NCBI GenBank assembly: GCA_012031215.1
Contig: JAAUUB010000001.1
Span: forward strand, 34,395-98,394
Length of the DNA: 64,000 bases
Origin: Microscillaceae bacterium
GTDB taxonomy: Bacteria > Bacteroidota > Bacteroidia > Cytophagales > Microscillaceae
Direction of reading: 5' to 3'
Made by a program: the position numbers and the translations under genes. Of the stretch, positions 10,637-20,917 are shown piece after piece (positions within the stretch are counted from its first letter, which is position 1; each line of letters opens with the position of its first letter). Below the pieces are notes generated by a model, which worked only from the letters and a program-made list of their open reading frames with translations, was not told the DNA's origin and made no database searches.

Positions 10637-11362
10637 ATGAACAAGTCGCGACAATTGATTATGCTTAGCTTCTTGGTGGTGTTTCCTATTCTGGTGTTTG
10701 TTTTCTTGCAAAGCTTTGGCACCAACACCTACCCGCTCCAGGTTTTCCACACCCAATGGATTGAAGAAGTGCAACTGGAAGGGCAAACCTTGCGCGATAC
10801 CGTAGAGGATGCCAGCCTGCTCAAAGGCAAGAAGATAGTTGATACAATCTATCATCGTATCCCCAACTTTAGGCTTACCGACCAGTACAATCGCCCTTTT
10901 CAAAGCAATCAGTTGGAAGGAATGATTTATGTGGTTGATTTTTTCTTCACCCGTTGTGGCAATCCCTCGCTTTGCCCTCAAATGAGCCAGGAACTCAAAA
11001 GGGTGCAGGAAAATTTTAAAGACCAGAAGGCCCTTAAATTACTCTCTTTTACGGTTGACCCGGACCACGATACCCCGGCAGTGCTCAAAGAATATGCCGG
11101 ACGATATCAGGCCCAGGAGGGGAAATGGTTCTTTCTTACCGGAGACAAGACAAAAATCTATGACCTGGCTTTCGAGGGCTTCAAGGTAAATGCAATGGAG
11201 GAAGAGGCCGTGGTGAAGCCCGACTTTTTGCACGCCATCAAGTTTATTTTGGTGGATAAAGAAGGTCGGATTAGGGGTTATTACAATGGTACGGAACGCG
11301 AAGAAGTAGATAGACTGATCTTAGAAATCAAAATTCTGTTGCACGAATACAAACAAGTTTAA
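10637..11362 (+). CDS. SCO1/SenC-family copper chaperone (thioredoxin fold)
   Basis: N-terminal TM anchor. Thioredoxin-like domain with a Cys pair (CGNPSLCP) and a conserved downstream His. Cox-assembly context. Confidence 0.7.
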   Translation: MNKSRQLIMLSFLVVFPILVFVFLQSFGTNTYPLQVFHTQWIEEVQLEGQTLRDTVEDASLLKGKKIVDTIYHRIPNFRLTDQYNRPFQSNQLEGMIYVVDFFFTRCGNPSLCPQMSQELKRVQENFKDQKALKLLSFTVDPDHDTPAVLKEYAGRYQAQEGKWFFLTGDKTKIYDLAFEGFKVNAMEEEAVVKPDFLHAIKFILVDKEGRIRGYYNGTEREEVDRLILEIKILLHEYKQV

Positions 11363-11376
11363 ATCCATAAGTTGTA

Positions 11377-11932
11377 TGATTGCCGAAAACCAAATTGCTG
11401 ACAAAACCAACCGCTTTTATCTGATGCTTATTGGCGTGATTTCCGTGCTGATTCCGATTGTGGTGGCTTTTTTATTTTTGGGGGAAATAATTTTACCCGC
11501 ATTGAAGGCTTGAAAGTTACTTTCCTGCCACACCTCAATGCCGTACTCAACACAGCCACTTTTATCTGCCTGGTCTTGGGAGGATGGATGATTCGTCAAA
11601 AAAAGATAGCCTGGCATCGCACCTTTATGATGTCGGCTTTTGTCCTTTCCAGTATCTTTCTGGTTTCTTATGTGGTGTATCACAACAACGCCGAAAGTAC
11701 CCCTTTTGGCGGGCAAGGGCTGATTCGGTACGTTTACTTTTTTATTCTGATTAGCCATATTCTTTTGGCAGCCGTGGTTGTGCCTTTTGTGCTTACGGCC
11801 CTTTATTTTGCTTGGACACGTCAAATCGCCCGGCATAAAAAAATCGTGAAATGGACCTATCCCATTTGGACATATGTCGCCGCTACTGGGGTCCTTGTGT
11901 ATCTAATGATTAGCCCTTATTATAATTTCTAG
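11377..11932 (+). CDS. DUF420 membrane protein (commonly in cox operons). Probable frameshift near 11500.
   Basis: The upstream 45-aa ORF (MIAENQ…FYLMLIGVISVLIPIVVAF…LPALKA) supplies the missing first TM helix. ORF 11510..11932 starts at TTG and carries the DUF420-like LPHLNAVLN and His/Arg pattern. Confidence 0.5.
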
Positions 11933-11937
11933 GCGAG

Positions 11938-12210
11938 ATGAAAAAATTAATCAGTTTTTTTTTAAAAATAAGTGTTGCCCTGCTTCTTTTGGTGATGCTG
12001 GCAGCCTCGGCTTCGGCGCAGTGTGCGATGTGCCGGGCAACAGTAGAAAACAGCATAAGCAATGGCAGTGGGCTGGCCGCCGGCCTTAATGCCGGGATAT
12101 TGTACCTGGCTTCGGTGCCCTATCTGATGTTGGCCGGGCTGGCTTATTTTTGGTACAGACACAGCCGTCGTCAGCGAATGCTGAACCAGGGCCTTTCTTT
12201 TCGGGGGTGA
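11938..12210 (+). CDS. Small membrane/secreted protein (hypothetical)
   Basis: 90 aa, signal/TM segment, and a second hydrophobic helix. Only evidence is cluster context. Confidence 0.35.
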   Translation: MKKLISFFLKISVALLLLVMLAASASAQCAMCRATVENSISNGSGLAAGLNAGILYLASVPYLMLAGLAYFWYRHSRRQRMLNQGLSFRG

Positions 12211-12212
12211 AG

Positions 12213-12728
12213 ATGAGAGGCATATCCTTGTTTCAATGCCTGTGGGGAGGAAGCTGGTTTTTATTGATTTCCTGTGGAAGCCTGCCCGGAACCGAAAGAG
12301 GCGATTTGGCTCCTGATTTCAAACTTATGGACTTAGACGGAAAACCACAAAAATTGTCGCAATACCAGGGCAAAGTTGTTTTATTGCATTTTTGGACGGA
12401 TTGGTGCAATGCCTGCCGGGCGGAGTTTCCCCGAATTCAGGAATATTACGACGACCTCAAGGGCGAAAATTTTGAATTAATTGCCGTCAACGTAGGGCAG
12501 CCTGCCGCCATCTCACAAAGCTTTCGGCAGGATTTTAAGGTCAGCTTCCCAATGTGGCTCGATGCTCAGAAAGCCGTAGCCCAGATTTATAAAGTAGAAG
12601 GCTATCCTACAAATTATTTTATTGACCCCAAAGGTAAAATAATTAAAAAGTATCTGGGATGGGTCAGCCGTCGGCAGGTGGAGGTCATCATTCAACAACA
12701 TCAGCGCCCCCTGGCTTCTACCCCATAA
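12213..12728 (+). CDS. TlpA/ResA-like periplasmic thiol-disulfide oxidoreductase
   Basis: Signal peptide. Thioredoxin fold with a WCNAC active site (CxxC). Cytochrome-maturation type. Confidence 0.8.
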   Translation: MRGISLFQCLWGGSWFLLISCGSLPGTERGDLAPDFKLMDLDGKPQKLSQYQGKVVLLHFWTDWCNACRAEFPRIQEYYDDLKGENFELIAVNVGQPAAISQSFRQDFKVSFPMWLDAQKAVAQIYKVEGYPTNYFIDPKGKIIKKYLGWVSRRQVEVIIQQHQRPLASTP

Positions 12729-13088
12729 CCCTGCGCCTCGGCTCAGGGGTTGGGAGAAGATTTGGAGGCGTATTTTGCCATTTTTTTGCATCTCGCCTAG
12801 TAAATAAAACTTCTCATCCGAAGAAAGCTGGTCATCGGCATATACCATTTTGTTAAATTTGACCTGAAAGCTATGCTCCTGCGATTTGGCAATGCTGTCC
12901 AGTATGGTTAAATAAAATTCAAACATAAATTGTTACTTATAACATCAGCAAAAACAGTGGCAAAAAACTGCTACCAAATATACTTGTTTTTATGCGCTTT
13001 GGTTCAGTTAAGATTAAAATAAGGTTAATGGGATTACAGAAATGGGTCGTTTTTTTTTTAACTACCTTTGGGAGCTTTGAAAAATGCC

Positions 13089-14247
13089 AGGATGCCACAC
13101 ATAGAAATATACAATTACCAAAATCTTGATAGTCTGCAATGGGAAGAAATAGACGAGGCTTCTTTTTTGAAGCCGGTGCTGATACCTATGGTCAAAAGCG
13201 GCAGCGGCGTTTTTGTCAAAACTCGGCCCACGAGGTGCAGCTACTACGACTTCATCAAACGGTTTTCCACTATTGCTGGGCAACCGCCATCCCCAAGACC
13301 CTACCTATCTCAGTTCTCCCTTAGTCCAGTATTTTGATCTGGCCCGCGAAGAAATAGAAATAGAGTTAAAAGGCAAACAGTCTTGGCGGGCTTGGGTAGC
13401 TCCTTCGGTTCTAAGTCTGATGCGTCGGCTTTTTGAGGCTTTGTCTTTTGAGCGGGTGGTGTTTGTCAATAATTGGCTTTTATCCACCAATTTGTACCCT
13501 GTTTTTGAAACTTCGCTCCTGTCGGAGGCCCTAACCAAATTGGTGAAGGCTTTTCCTCATCACGCCATTGTTTTCCGGTCGGTCAATACACAAACAGAAG
13601 CCGATATTTTACAGGTCTTGCTCAGCCTGGGATTCAAAGCCGTCATTAGCCGCCCGGTATTAATGTTGAACCCTCAGGAAGGACAGCATCGTAAAAAGCG
13701 GATGTTTAAAATGGATGAAAAACTATGGGCCAGGCAAAACGAGTATTATTGGGAACCTGGACAAAAAGTGAAACCCGCTGAAATTCCTCGCATATTGGAT
13801 TTGTATGAGGCACTTTATCGGCATAAATATTCTGCCTACAACCCCGCTTATCGAGGCGAAATGGTTGCCACTTGGCTTCGTTCAGGAATAATGGAATTTC
13901 AAATATTACGTCGGGAAGGGGAAATCTATGGCTTTACGGCCTTTTGGAAAAGAAAGGGAATACTCACTACCCCCTTTATTGGTTATGATGCGACACGGCC
14001 CCAACAAGAAGGCTTATATCGGTTTGTTAATTTGCGCCTCATGCAAGAAGCCATTCAGCAGAACCTCTGGCTCAATATGAGCTCTGGCGCGGCCCACTTC
14101 AAAAGATTGCGCGGTGGCCAGCCTTGCCTCGAGTATAATATGGTATATACAAAGCATTTGCCCCTTCACCAACGTCTGCCCTGGGAATTGTATAGCCAGA
14201 TTTCGGAAAAAATCGCCATTCCGGCCATTCAAAAATACAATCTCTAA
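13089..14247 (+). CDS. Hypothetical protein, possibly a GNAT/FemAB-like acyltransferase fold. The 5' end is unresolved, with probable frameshift(s) between 13140 and 13330.
   Basis: Protein-like sequence appears in two frames ([25 protein letters not shown]… and …[21 protein letters not shown]…). The long ORF is 13213..14247. Confidence 0.4.
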
Positions 14248-15098
14248 GCCAAACCAATGGTCAGCACGGGCGCAAGGGCAGCATTGACCACGCCTTCGCT
14301 CACACTCCCCCCCAGCAAACGGGCAAAGCCTCGCCGCTTATGGGATACCACCACAATCAAATCTGCCCCGATGAACTCAGCATAGTGGTTGATGCCATCA
14401 TCTTCTACAAAATCACAATATATATCAAAAGTATAGGGCGCGAGGGCATGATTGAGCGCAAAATCCGTCGAGGATTTGAGCAAGTCAGCAGTACTGGTAA
14501 AATGTGCGGGCGTATTGACGTGTACCAGATAAAGCTCAGCTTCAAACAAGGTGCGTAAATCTTTGAGATAATCCAGCGGCAGGGTTTTGCTGCGGCTGAA
14601 ATCTCCAGCCAAAACAATTTTTTTCAAAGTAATGCTGTCTGGATTGTCGCGCACTGTAATCACAGGACAAGGAGCCAAGCGCACGACTTTTTCTGCATTC
14701 GAGCCCACAAAGAAAGCATCGTAATTACTTTCGCCTTGGGTTCCCATAACTACCAGGTCAATGTTCAGCGATTCGATATGGTTGACAATGGCCTGGCTGA
14801 TATTACCCGAAGTAATATGGTAAGTGATGTTCTCGAGGCCAAGACGGGCAATTTTGGCCTCCATATTGGCTTTTACCTTCTGGACCACCCCGCTCAGGTA
14901 TTGGCTTTCGGAAGTGCCACTGATATTGATGCCCGAAGGCCCAGCTTCTATGCTGGTGTGGTCGGGTGTGAGCATCACATTAAGCAAGACAATTTCTCCG
15001 CCTGACTTTTGGGCAATGGCGTGTGCATAACGCAGGGCGCGGTCAGCGTGAGAAGAAAAATCTGTGGGAACAAGTATTTTTTTCATATTTGAGCGCAT
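14244..15098 (-). CDS. Universal stress protein, tandem UspA domains
   Basis: 284 aa. Two Usp domains, each with a G-x2-G-x9-G(S/T) ATP-binding-like tail ([10 protein letters not shown] / [10 protein letters not shown]). Confidence 0.85.
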
Positions 15099-15165
15099 TT
15101 GGGTTGCAAAAGCAATTTAACAAAAAAACAGCAGAAAGTGCACATTTTGCCTAAGCGAAAATGGC

Positions 15166-16333
15166 TCAGGGCAATTGGCAAAGAGCCTGCTCAAGGTCGG
15201 CAATGAGCAAATCCGGGTCCTCGAGGCCGATGCTCACCCGCACCATATTCCAGGGCAGGTCAGGGCTTTGGTAAATTTCCGAAGCATACAATGTACAAGC
15301 CGGAAAAATGAGCGATTCGTAGGCTCCCCATGAAACCGCCAGCAGAAAACGCTGAAGCGCATCGCAAAATCGCTCAACCGCCGGAATATCCGGAGCCTTC
15401 ACGACAATGCTGAAGAGGCCTGTGCCTTGGCGCAATTGTTTTTGGGTGAGTTCGGGCTGGGCATAGCCCCGGGCAAAAGGATGATACACCCGCTCCACCT
15501 TAGGATGATGCTCCAGAAAATCGATGATTTTAGTGGTGCTTCGGCTAATATAATCCATCCGAACGGGCAAAGTACGCAAACCTCGCAGGAGCAACCAGGC
15601 GTTGAAAGGTGAAATCACGCCCCCCAAGGTCATATATTCGGAAGCAAATAATTTGCGTATCATCGCCTGACGGCCACACACCACCCCCGCAATTGTATCG
15701 CTATGGCCAGCCATATACTTGGTAGCCGAGTGCGCCACTAAATCCACGCCCATCTCCAAAGGATTTTGGTACAAAGGCCCGGCCCAGCTATTGTCCATCA
15801 CCGTAACTAGCTCGTGTTTTTGGGCAATGGCCACAACCGCCGCAATGTCCTGCTGCTCAAAAGTCCAGGAGTTAGGGCTTTCAAGATAAAGCAGTTTGGT
15901 GCTGGGACGCAGGGCTTTTTCATAGTTTTGGGCCTCGTGGCCATCCACCAGGGTAGTTTCTATGCCAAAACGTGGCAAAAAAACCGTGAACAATTTATTG
16001 GTCCAGCTATAAGGTTTGCGCACACTCACCACATGGTCGCCAGCTTTGAGATGCACCATCACGGCGGCCGCAATGGCCGCACTCCCACTGCTGAAAATCA
16101 GCGCATCTTCCGCCTTCTCGAGCGCGGCTACTTTTTGCGCAAATATCCGTAGTAGGGTTATTGCCCCGGGTATAAAAAGGCTGTTCCGCTTCGCGACGAA
16201 GCAGCTCGCGCATCTCAGCCACACTTTCAGAACTGAACATGGCCGTTTGAAAGATAGGCGGCACAACCGAGTGAAGATACGATTCCCGTGCTTCGCCCCA
16301 CTGATTGAGAATAAAAGATAAATCGTCCATCAT
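15166..16333 (-). CDS. PLP-dependent trans-sulfuration enzyme (cystathionine gamma-synthase/beta-lyase/methionine gamma-lyase family). Frameshift near 16145-16155.
   Basis: The N-terminal ORF 16007..16333 has YTRGNNPTT (the YSR-GNPT motif). The body has the SATKYMAGHSD lysine-PLP motif. A T-run length change joins the frames. Confidence 0.8.
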
Positions 16334-16432
16334 ACTTGATACAGCAATTGAACTGAGAAAAAGGCCTGACCTTGATTAATTTTCTTAAATTTGTGCGAAT
16401 ACCCAAACACTACACACTAATACGAAAGGCTT

Positions 16433-17236
16433 ATGCGGCCCCATTTATCATTGTTTTGCGCTATTTTGCTGGGGTGCGGGCAATTTTTTTTGCCTGTGCA
16501 GGCCCAGGAAATCTTGCTTCGGCCCGTTGAAGTTGATAAAAAAAACAAGCTTATTTATATCCCCTATCAGCTCCGCGATGAACGCCCCCTGATTTATGAA
16601 TACAACATCCGCCTTTTTTACTCGCAAGACAACGGGCGGACCTTTCAGGGGCCATTGCAATACCTGCAAGGCCATAGTGGCCCCCACATTTTGCCAGGCG
16701 AAGATAAACTGATTGTGTGGGAATACCTCAAAGATAATCCGCATTTTGACGGACTAAACCTCAGGTTTAAGGTGTGGTCTGTTTTTGAAAAAAGTGTGAT
16801 GAATCTGGCCGGGCCCGAAGCAGCCCTCCATAACTTTTATCTGCCGGGTAAAGGCAATGCCAAAGTGCGTTTTCTCAAACATACGCACCGCTGGCTTTAT
16901 CTGACGGGCTCGGTGGCCGCTCTACTGGGCGGAGGAATATGGTTGCGCACCCGGGCCGACCAGCACTACCAGGCCTATTTGCAGGCCCCCAATTTTGCTG
17001 AGGCCGACCCGCTTTTTGCCAAAGCAAGGCGCGGCTATGGCTGGGGCAATGCCCTTTTGATGGCGGGCGGAGGTCTTTGGCTGGGCGATATTTTGCAAAC
17101 CGTATGGCAAGGCATCCGCAATCTTAAGAAGCAAAGGCAAATTCAAGAAAAAAACGCCCCGCTGCCCATAACTTTTCGCCTGAGTTATCACCCCCGGCAG
17201 GAAAATCGTGCGCTATCGCTGGGCTTTAAATTTTGA
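16433..17236 (+). CDS. Hypothetical secreted/membrane protein
   Basis: 267 aa, N-terminal signal peptide, and a late TM helix (LYLTGSVAALLGGGIWL). No recognisable domain. Confidence 0.5.
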   Translation: MRPHLSLFCAILLGCGQFFLPVQAQEILLRPVEVDKKNKLIYIPYQLRDERPLIYEYNIRLFYSQDNGRTFQGPLQYLQGHSGPHILPGEDKLIVWEYLKDNPHFDGLNLRFKVWSVFEKSVMNLAGPEAALHNFYLPGKGNAKVRFLKHTHRWLYLTGSVAALLGGGIWLRTRADQHYQAYLQAPNFAEADPLFAKARRGYGWGNALLMAGGGLWLGDILQTVWQGIRNLKKQRQIQEKNAPLPITFRLSYHPRQENRALSLGFKF

Positions 17237-17246
17237 AAGAATTGTA

Positions 17247-17953
17247 ATGACTTATCTCAAAAAAATTATACATCGCTTTGAGCCTGCTCATAAGCTTGTG
17301 GGCTTGTGAACTGGGAAATCCCCCGGAGCGGCAGTTACTCTTGCGCACCGGAACTGTGCTCGACCTTAGTTTTGAGGCTGCGCGTATTCAGGGCGAAATA
17401 GTTGATTTACCCAATGGGATGAGGGTAGAAGGATACGGACATTGCTGGAAAGCCGGCCTTGAGCTGCCCACGCTGGCGGATAGCCTGACCGATTTTGGCC
17501 CTCGTGACCAACCGGGAAGTTTTGAGAGCCAGCTACCAGGCCTACGGGCCAGCCAAAGCTATCAGGTAAGGGCTTACATACGATTGTTGACCGATACCAT
17601 ATATGCCGCCCCATTTTTGCTCCAAACCCCCGCCAATCCCAACCTGCCCGTTTTTGGGCTATGGGCCATTGACAATATCTCTTCGCAAAGTGCCCAGGCC
17701 AAAGCCCAGGTGTATTTTCCTGGATTAGTAACAGTGTTGCGCTATGGCCACTGCTGGAATACCCAAGCCCAACCTACCATTGACCAGTTCCGAAGCATCT
17801 TCACGGGCAGCCTGCCCGGATTATATACCAGCGACGTTACCCAGTCTCAGCCCCAGTACCCCGTATTTTGTGCGGGCCTATGTTGAGATAGAAACAGGCG
17901 GGGCTACGCAGGTGCTCTACAGCAATGAAGTTAATTTTTCCACCGCAAATTAA
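17247..17953 (+). CDS. Lipoprotein with two about 80-aa internal repeats (GYGHCWK / RYGHCWN motif). Two homopolymer frameshifts: an A-run near 17262 and a C-run near 17850.
   Basis: The repair MTYLKK-LYIALSLLISLWAC gives a lipoprotein signal. The repeats end in …SYQVRAYI and …PYFVRAYVEI. Confidence 0.45.
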
Positions 17954-17962
17954 ATCCCGAAA

Positions 17963-20755
17963 ATGCGCTTGCTCAAATTTATCCTCGGATTTGGCATCCT
18001 GCTCCCGCTCCGGCTGTGGGCCATCGATACGGTGCAGAATGGCAATTGGAACAATCCCGCCACCTGGCAGGGAGGCCTTGTGCCGGGCACCAATGCCGAA
18101 GTACGCCTTTTGCACGTTGTCCAGCTTAATGTAAATGCCACTACGGGCAACCTGACCGTAGAAACGGGCGGCCAATTGATTTTGGTGGGGGGCAATTTAG
18201 AAGTCAATGGCCTTTTTCGGCTCCTGGGGCAGATGACCGATGGCAATGGATTGGGACAATTGGTTTTTAACCAGGATTTTCGAGTAGAGCCTTCCGGCAA
18301 TTGCACCCTTAATTTTCAAACCCCTCTCACTTTCCGGGGGAACTTGGAAAACCGGAATGTTTTTCGTCAGTTTGGCAATGGCACGGTGCTATTCAACGGG
18401 GCTAATCCACAGCAAATCAACCCGGTTGCCGATACCGAGTTCCGGGCCGATATTGTGCAAATTGCCCAGCAACTCACCATACGCAACGGAGCCGCACTTC
18501 GCTTTACACTGGGCAATACTTTTGAGATTTTTAGTGGGGCCCGTCTCTTGAATGAAAACCAAAACCTCTTGCGCATTGATGGCCATCTCACCGGAGGAGG
18601 TTTGCTGACAAATGCCGCCTTGGCAATTTTTGAATATCAAAACCCGCTTGCGCCTCAGGTTAATATGGAAGCCAATGCTTCGCAAAATCAGGTGATTTAT
18701 CGTGCTAACCAAAACCAAGAATTGGCCGCTACCACCTATTTTCATCTTATTCTGCAAAATATCGGAACCAGTAATCAGGAAAAATCCCTTGTGGGCGAGA
18801 TGCTCGTGGAGGGCGACCTGACCGTGCAAGCGGGCTTGCAGGGGCAAACCCTCCTCAATCCCGGGGCTTTTGGCTGGGTGGTCTTGGGCAATACTCTTTT
18901 TGAACAAAACACGGCTTTTGTGGACAATGACCCCTCCGGGCTACTTGATTTTCAGGGAGAATTGCGCCTTATTGCCGGGGCCGTTTTTTTGCCATCGGTG
19001 CCCGTCGAAATCACGATTCGGGGAGATTTTTTTCAGGGGGGGGCCTTTGCCCTTCCGGCGGGCTCTTTGTTGCGCTTGCTGGGCAACAACCGCAACATCT
19101 TTCCCCAGGCAGAAATCCGAACCGCCGGAAGCGTGGAAATTGAGGGACAGCGAACCCTCCAGGCCGGGGAATTGGTTTCCTGGGAAGGTCCGGTCATTTT
19201 TCAAACTAATGCCGTCTTGCGCAACCAAAACCCCAATGGATTGCTGTTTGGAACGCCTATCAATGCCAATGACAATACGGCAAGCCTGGTAAATGAAATG
19301 GGTGCAGTCATTTTTTTTCGCCCGGAGGGCCTCCCTTTCAGCAATCTCAATACAGATTTTTCGGCCCCCGGCAACATAGTGGTCTATGACCGCCAGGAGG
19401 GCACAGGCAATCAGACCATTGCTCCCACCCAATACCAAAACCTTCGCCTCGCCGGAACAGGCACAAAAACCCTGGGAGGAGCAGTAACGGTCCATGGCTT
19501 ACTCACCAGCGAGCGTCAGTTTGATGTAAGCCCGGCAAATTACCCCCTCACTTTGCAGGGCAACTGGCAAAACGAAGCCGGGTTTGAAGCCCGACAAGGC
19601 CGGGTAATTTTCAGTGGAAGTCAAGACCAGCAACTCACAGGCATTCCTTTGCAGTTGTATGAGGCCGAGCTACAAAAAAATGGCGGCACACTTGGCCCGC
19701 AGGTACTTGTAGAGATTATCGGACGGCTCTTTCTGAGCCAGGGTTTTTGGGAGAGCCTTGCAGCCCAACCCCTTACTTTTCGGGAGAATGCCACTTCTGA
19801 CCCTGGGCAGGCCTCGGCTTTTGTGCGTGGGCCCATTACCAAAATCGGAAGTGCCGATTTTATTTTTCCACTTGGGGCGGGCAGTGTTTCAGCACCATTG
19901 GGCTTGCGTGGGCTTAATCAATCGGGTAGTTTTACGGTGGCGTATTTTCGGACGGCTCCCCCCACAGCAAACCTGGCTCCGGCACTCGTTTTTTTGAGTG
20001 CGGTAGAATACTGGCAGGTGCAAAGCAACACGCCCGGGCTTTCGGCAGGGCTAGAGCTCTTCTGGACAAATGGTGCGGCCAGCGGGATTACTGACCTCAC
20101 GGACTTGAGCGTGGCTCAACTAAGCAGCGGCATCTGGAACGAAGTAGAGAGTCAGGCCTCGGGCAGTGTCGCTTCGGGGCAGATTCGCTCGACGAACAAT
20201 TTAAGCAATTTTGGAGATTTTACTTTTGCTTCGCGTGAGGCCCGGAATGCCTTAGGCAATACCGACCTGATACCCTCCGCTCCCGAATGGGGCGAGGTGC
20301 GGGTAGAGGAATCAGGAGCTATACAAGTGCGCTGGGTGGACCTGGCAAGCCAGGAAACGGAATACATCGTGGAGCGGGCCACAGGAAGTGAGCAAAACTT
20401 TTCGGTATTGCAAACCCTGCCCCGTAACCAAACCGAACTATTGGATACTACTCCCATTGCCGGAACGCCTTATTTTTATCGGGTGCGGGCTCAAAATCCC
20501 TTTGGAAGTGCCATCAGTGAAACAAGGGGGGCCTTAGTGGGAGTGCTTGGCAATCTGCCCTCTGGAAGCGCGCCTCTTTTAAAAGTATATCCCAATCCCA
20601 ACACAGGGGTTTTTTGGGTAGAGGGGGCAGGCCTGAGGCCCGAAGACTGGATAATCCTCGATGGCCAGGGCCTTTCTGTGCCTTTTGCAAGGCAAGCCAC
20701 GCCGCAAGGCTGGCAAATAAAACTGCTGGGGGGGGAGCGGGGCGTTATTTTCTGA
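17963..20755 (+). CDS. Large secreted protein with an FN3-like domain and a T9SS type-A C-terminal sorting domain (Por_Secre_tail)
   Basis: 930 aa, signal peptide. C-terminus is KVYPNPNTGVFWVEGAG…IKLLGGERGVIF. An FN3-like segment (…YFYRVRAQNPFGSAISE) precedes it. Confidence 0.75.
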   Translation: MRLLKFILGFGILLPLRLWAIDTVQNGNWNNPATWQGGLVPGTNAEVRLLHVVQLNVNATTGNLTVETGGQLILVGGNLEVNGLFRLLGQMTDGNGLGQLVFNQDFRVEPSGNCTLNFQTPLTFRGNLENRNVFRQFGNGTVLFNGANPQQINPVADTEFRADIVQIAQQLTIRNGAALRFTLGNTFEIFSGARLLNENQNLLRIDGHLTGGGLLTNAALAIFEYQNPLAPQVNMEANASQNQVIYRANQNQELAATTYFHLILQNIGTSNQEKSLVGEMLVEGDLTVQAGLQGQTLLNPGAFGWVVLGNTLFEQNTAFVDNDPSGLLDFQGELRLIAGAVFLPSVPVEITIRGDFFQGGAFALPAGSLLRLLGNNRNIFPQAEIRTAGSVEIEGQRTLQAGELVSWEGPVIFQTNAVLRNQNPNGLLFGTPINANDNTASLVNEMGAVIFFRPEGLPFSNLNTDFSAPGNIVVYDRQEGTGNQTIAPTQYQNLRLAGTGTKTLGGAVTVHGLLTSERQFDVSPANYPLTLQGNWQNEAGFEARQGRVIFSGSQDQQLTGIPLQLYEAELQKNGGTLGPQVLVEIIGRLFLSQGFWESLAAQPLTFRENATSDPGQASAFVRGPITKIGSADFIFPLGAGSVSAPLGLRGLNQSGSFTVAYFRTAPPTANLAPALVFLSAVEYWQVQSNTPGLSAGLELFWTNGAASGITDLTDLSVAQLSSGIWNEVESQASGSVASGQIRSTNNLSNFGDFTFASREARNALGNTDLIPSAPEWGEVRVEESGAIQVRWVDLASQETEYIVERATGSEQNFSVLQTLPRNQTELLDTTPIAGTPYFYRVRAQNPFGSAISETRGALVGVLGNLPSGSAPLLKVYPNPNTGVFWVEGAGLRPEDWIILDGQGLSVPFARQATPQGWQIKLLGGERGVIF

Positions 20756-20917
20756 CCATTCCCGGCCATCCGCGGGCATACCCAGTATTGTTTTTTCCCT
20801 GAGGCTAAGTTGATTGGGAATTGCAGGCATCCCTACTTTGGCCATAAGTTTGGAAAGAAATTTACAAATCCGTAAATTTAAATCGGGTTTAAGAATGAAG
20901 TAAAACCCTTTGGAAAA

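Noticed and set aside
12513-12926. 137-aa minus-strand ORF overlapping the 3' end of the TlpA-like gene
   Set aside because: Two-thirds of it is antisense to a well-supported thioredoxin gene. Only the first 60 aa are outside that gene. There is no independent support.
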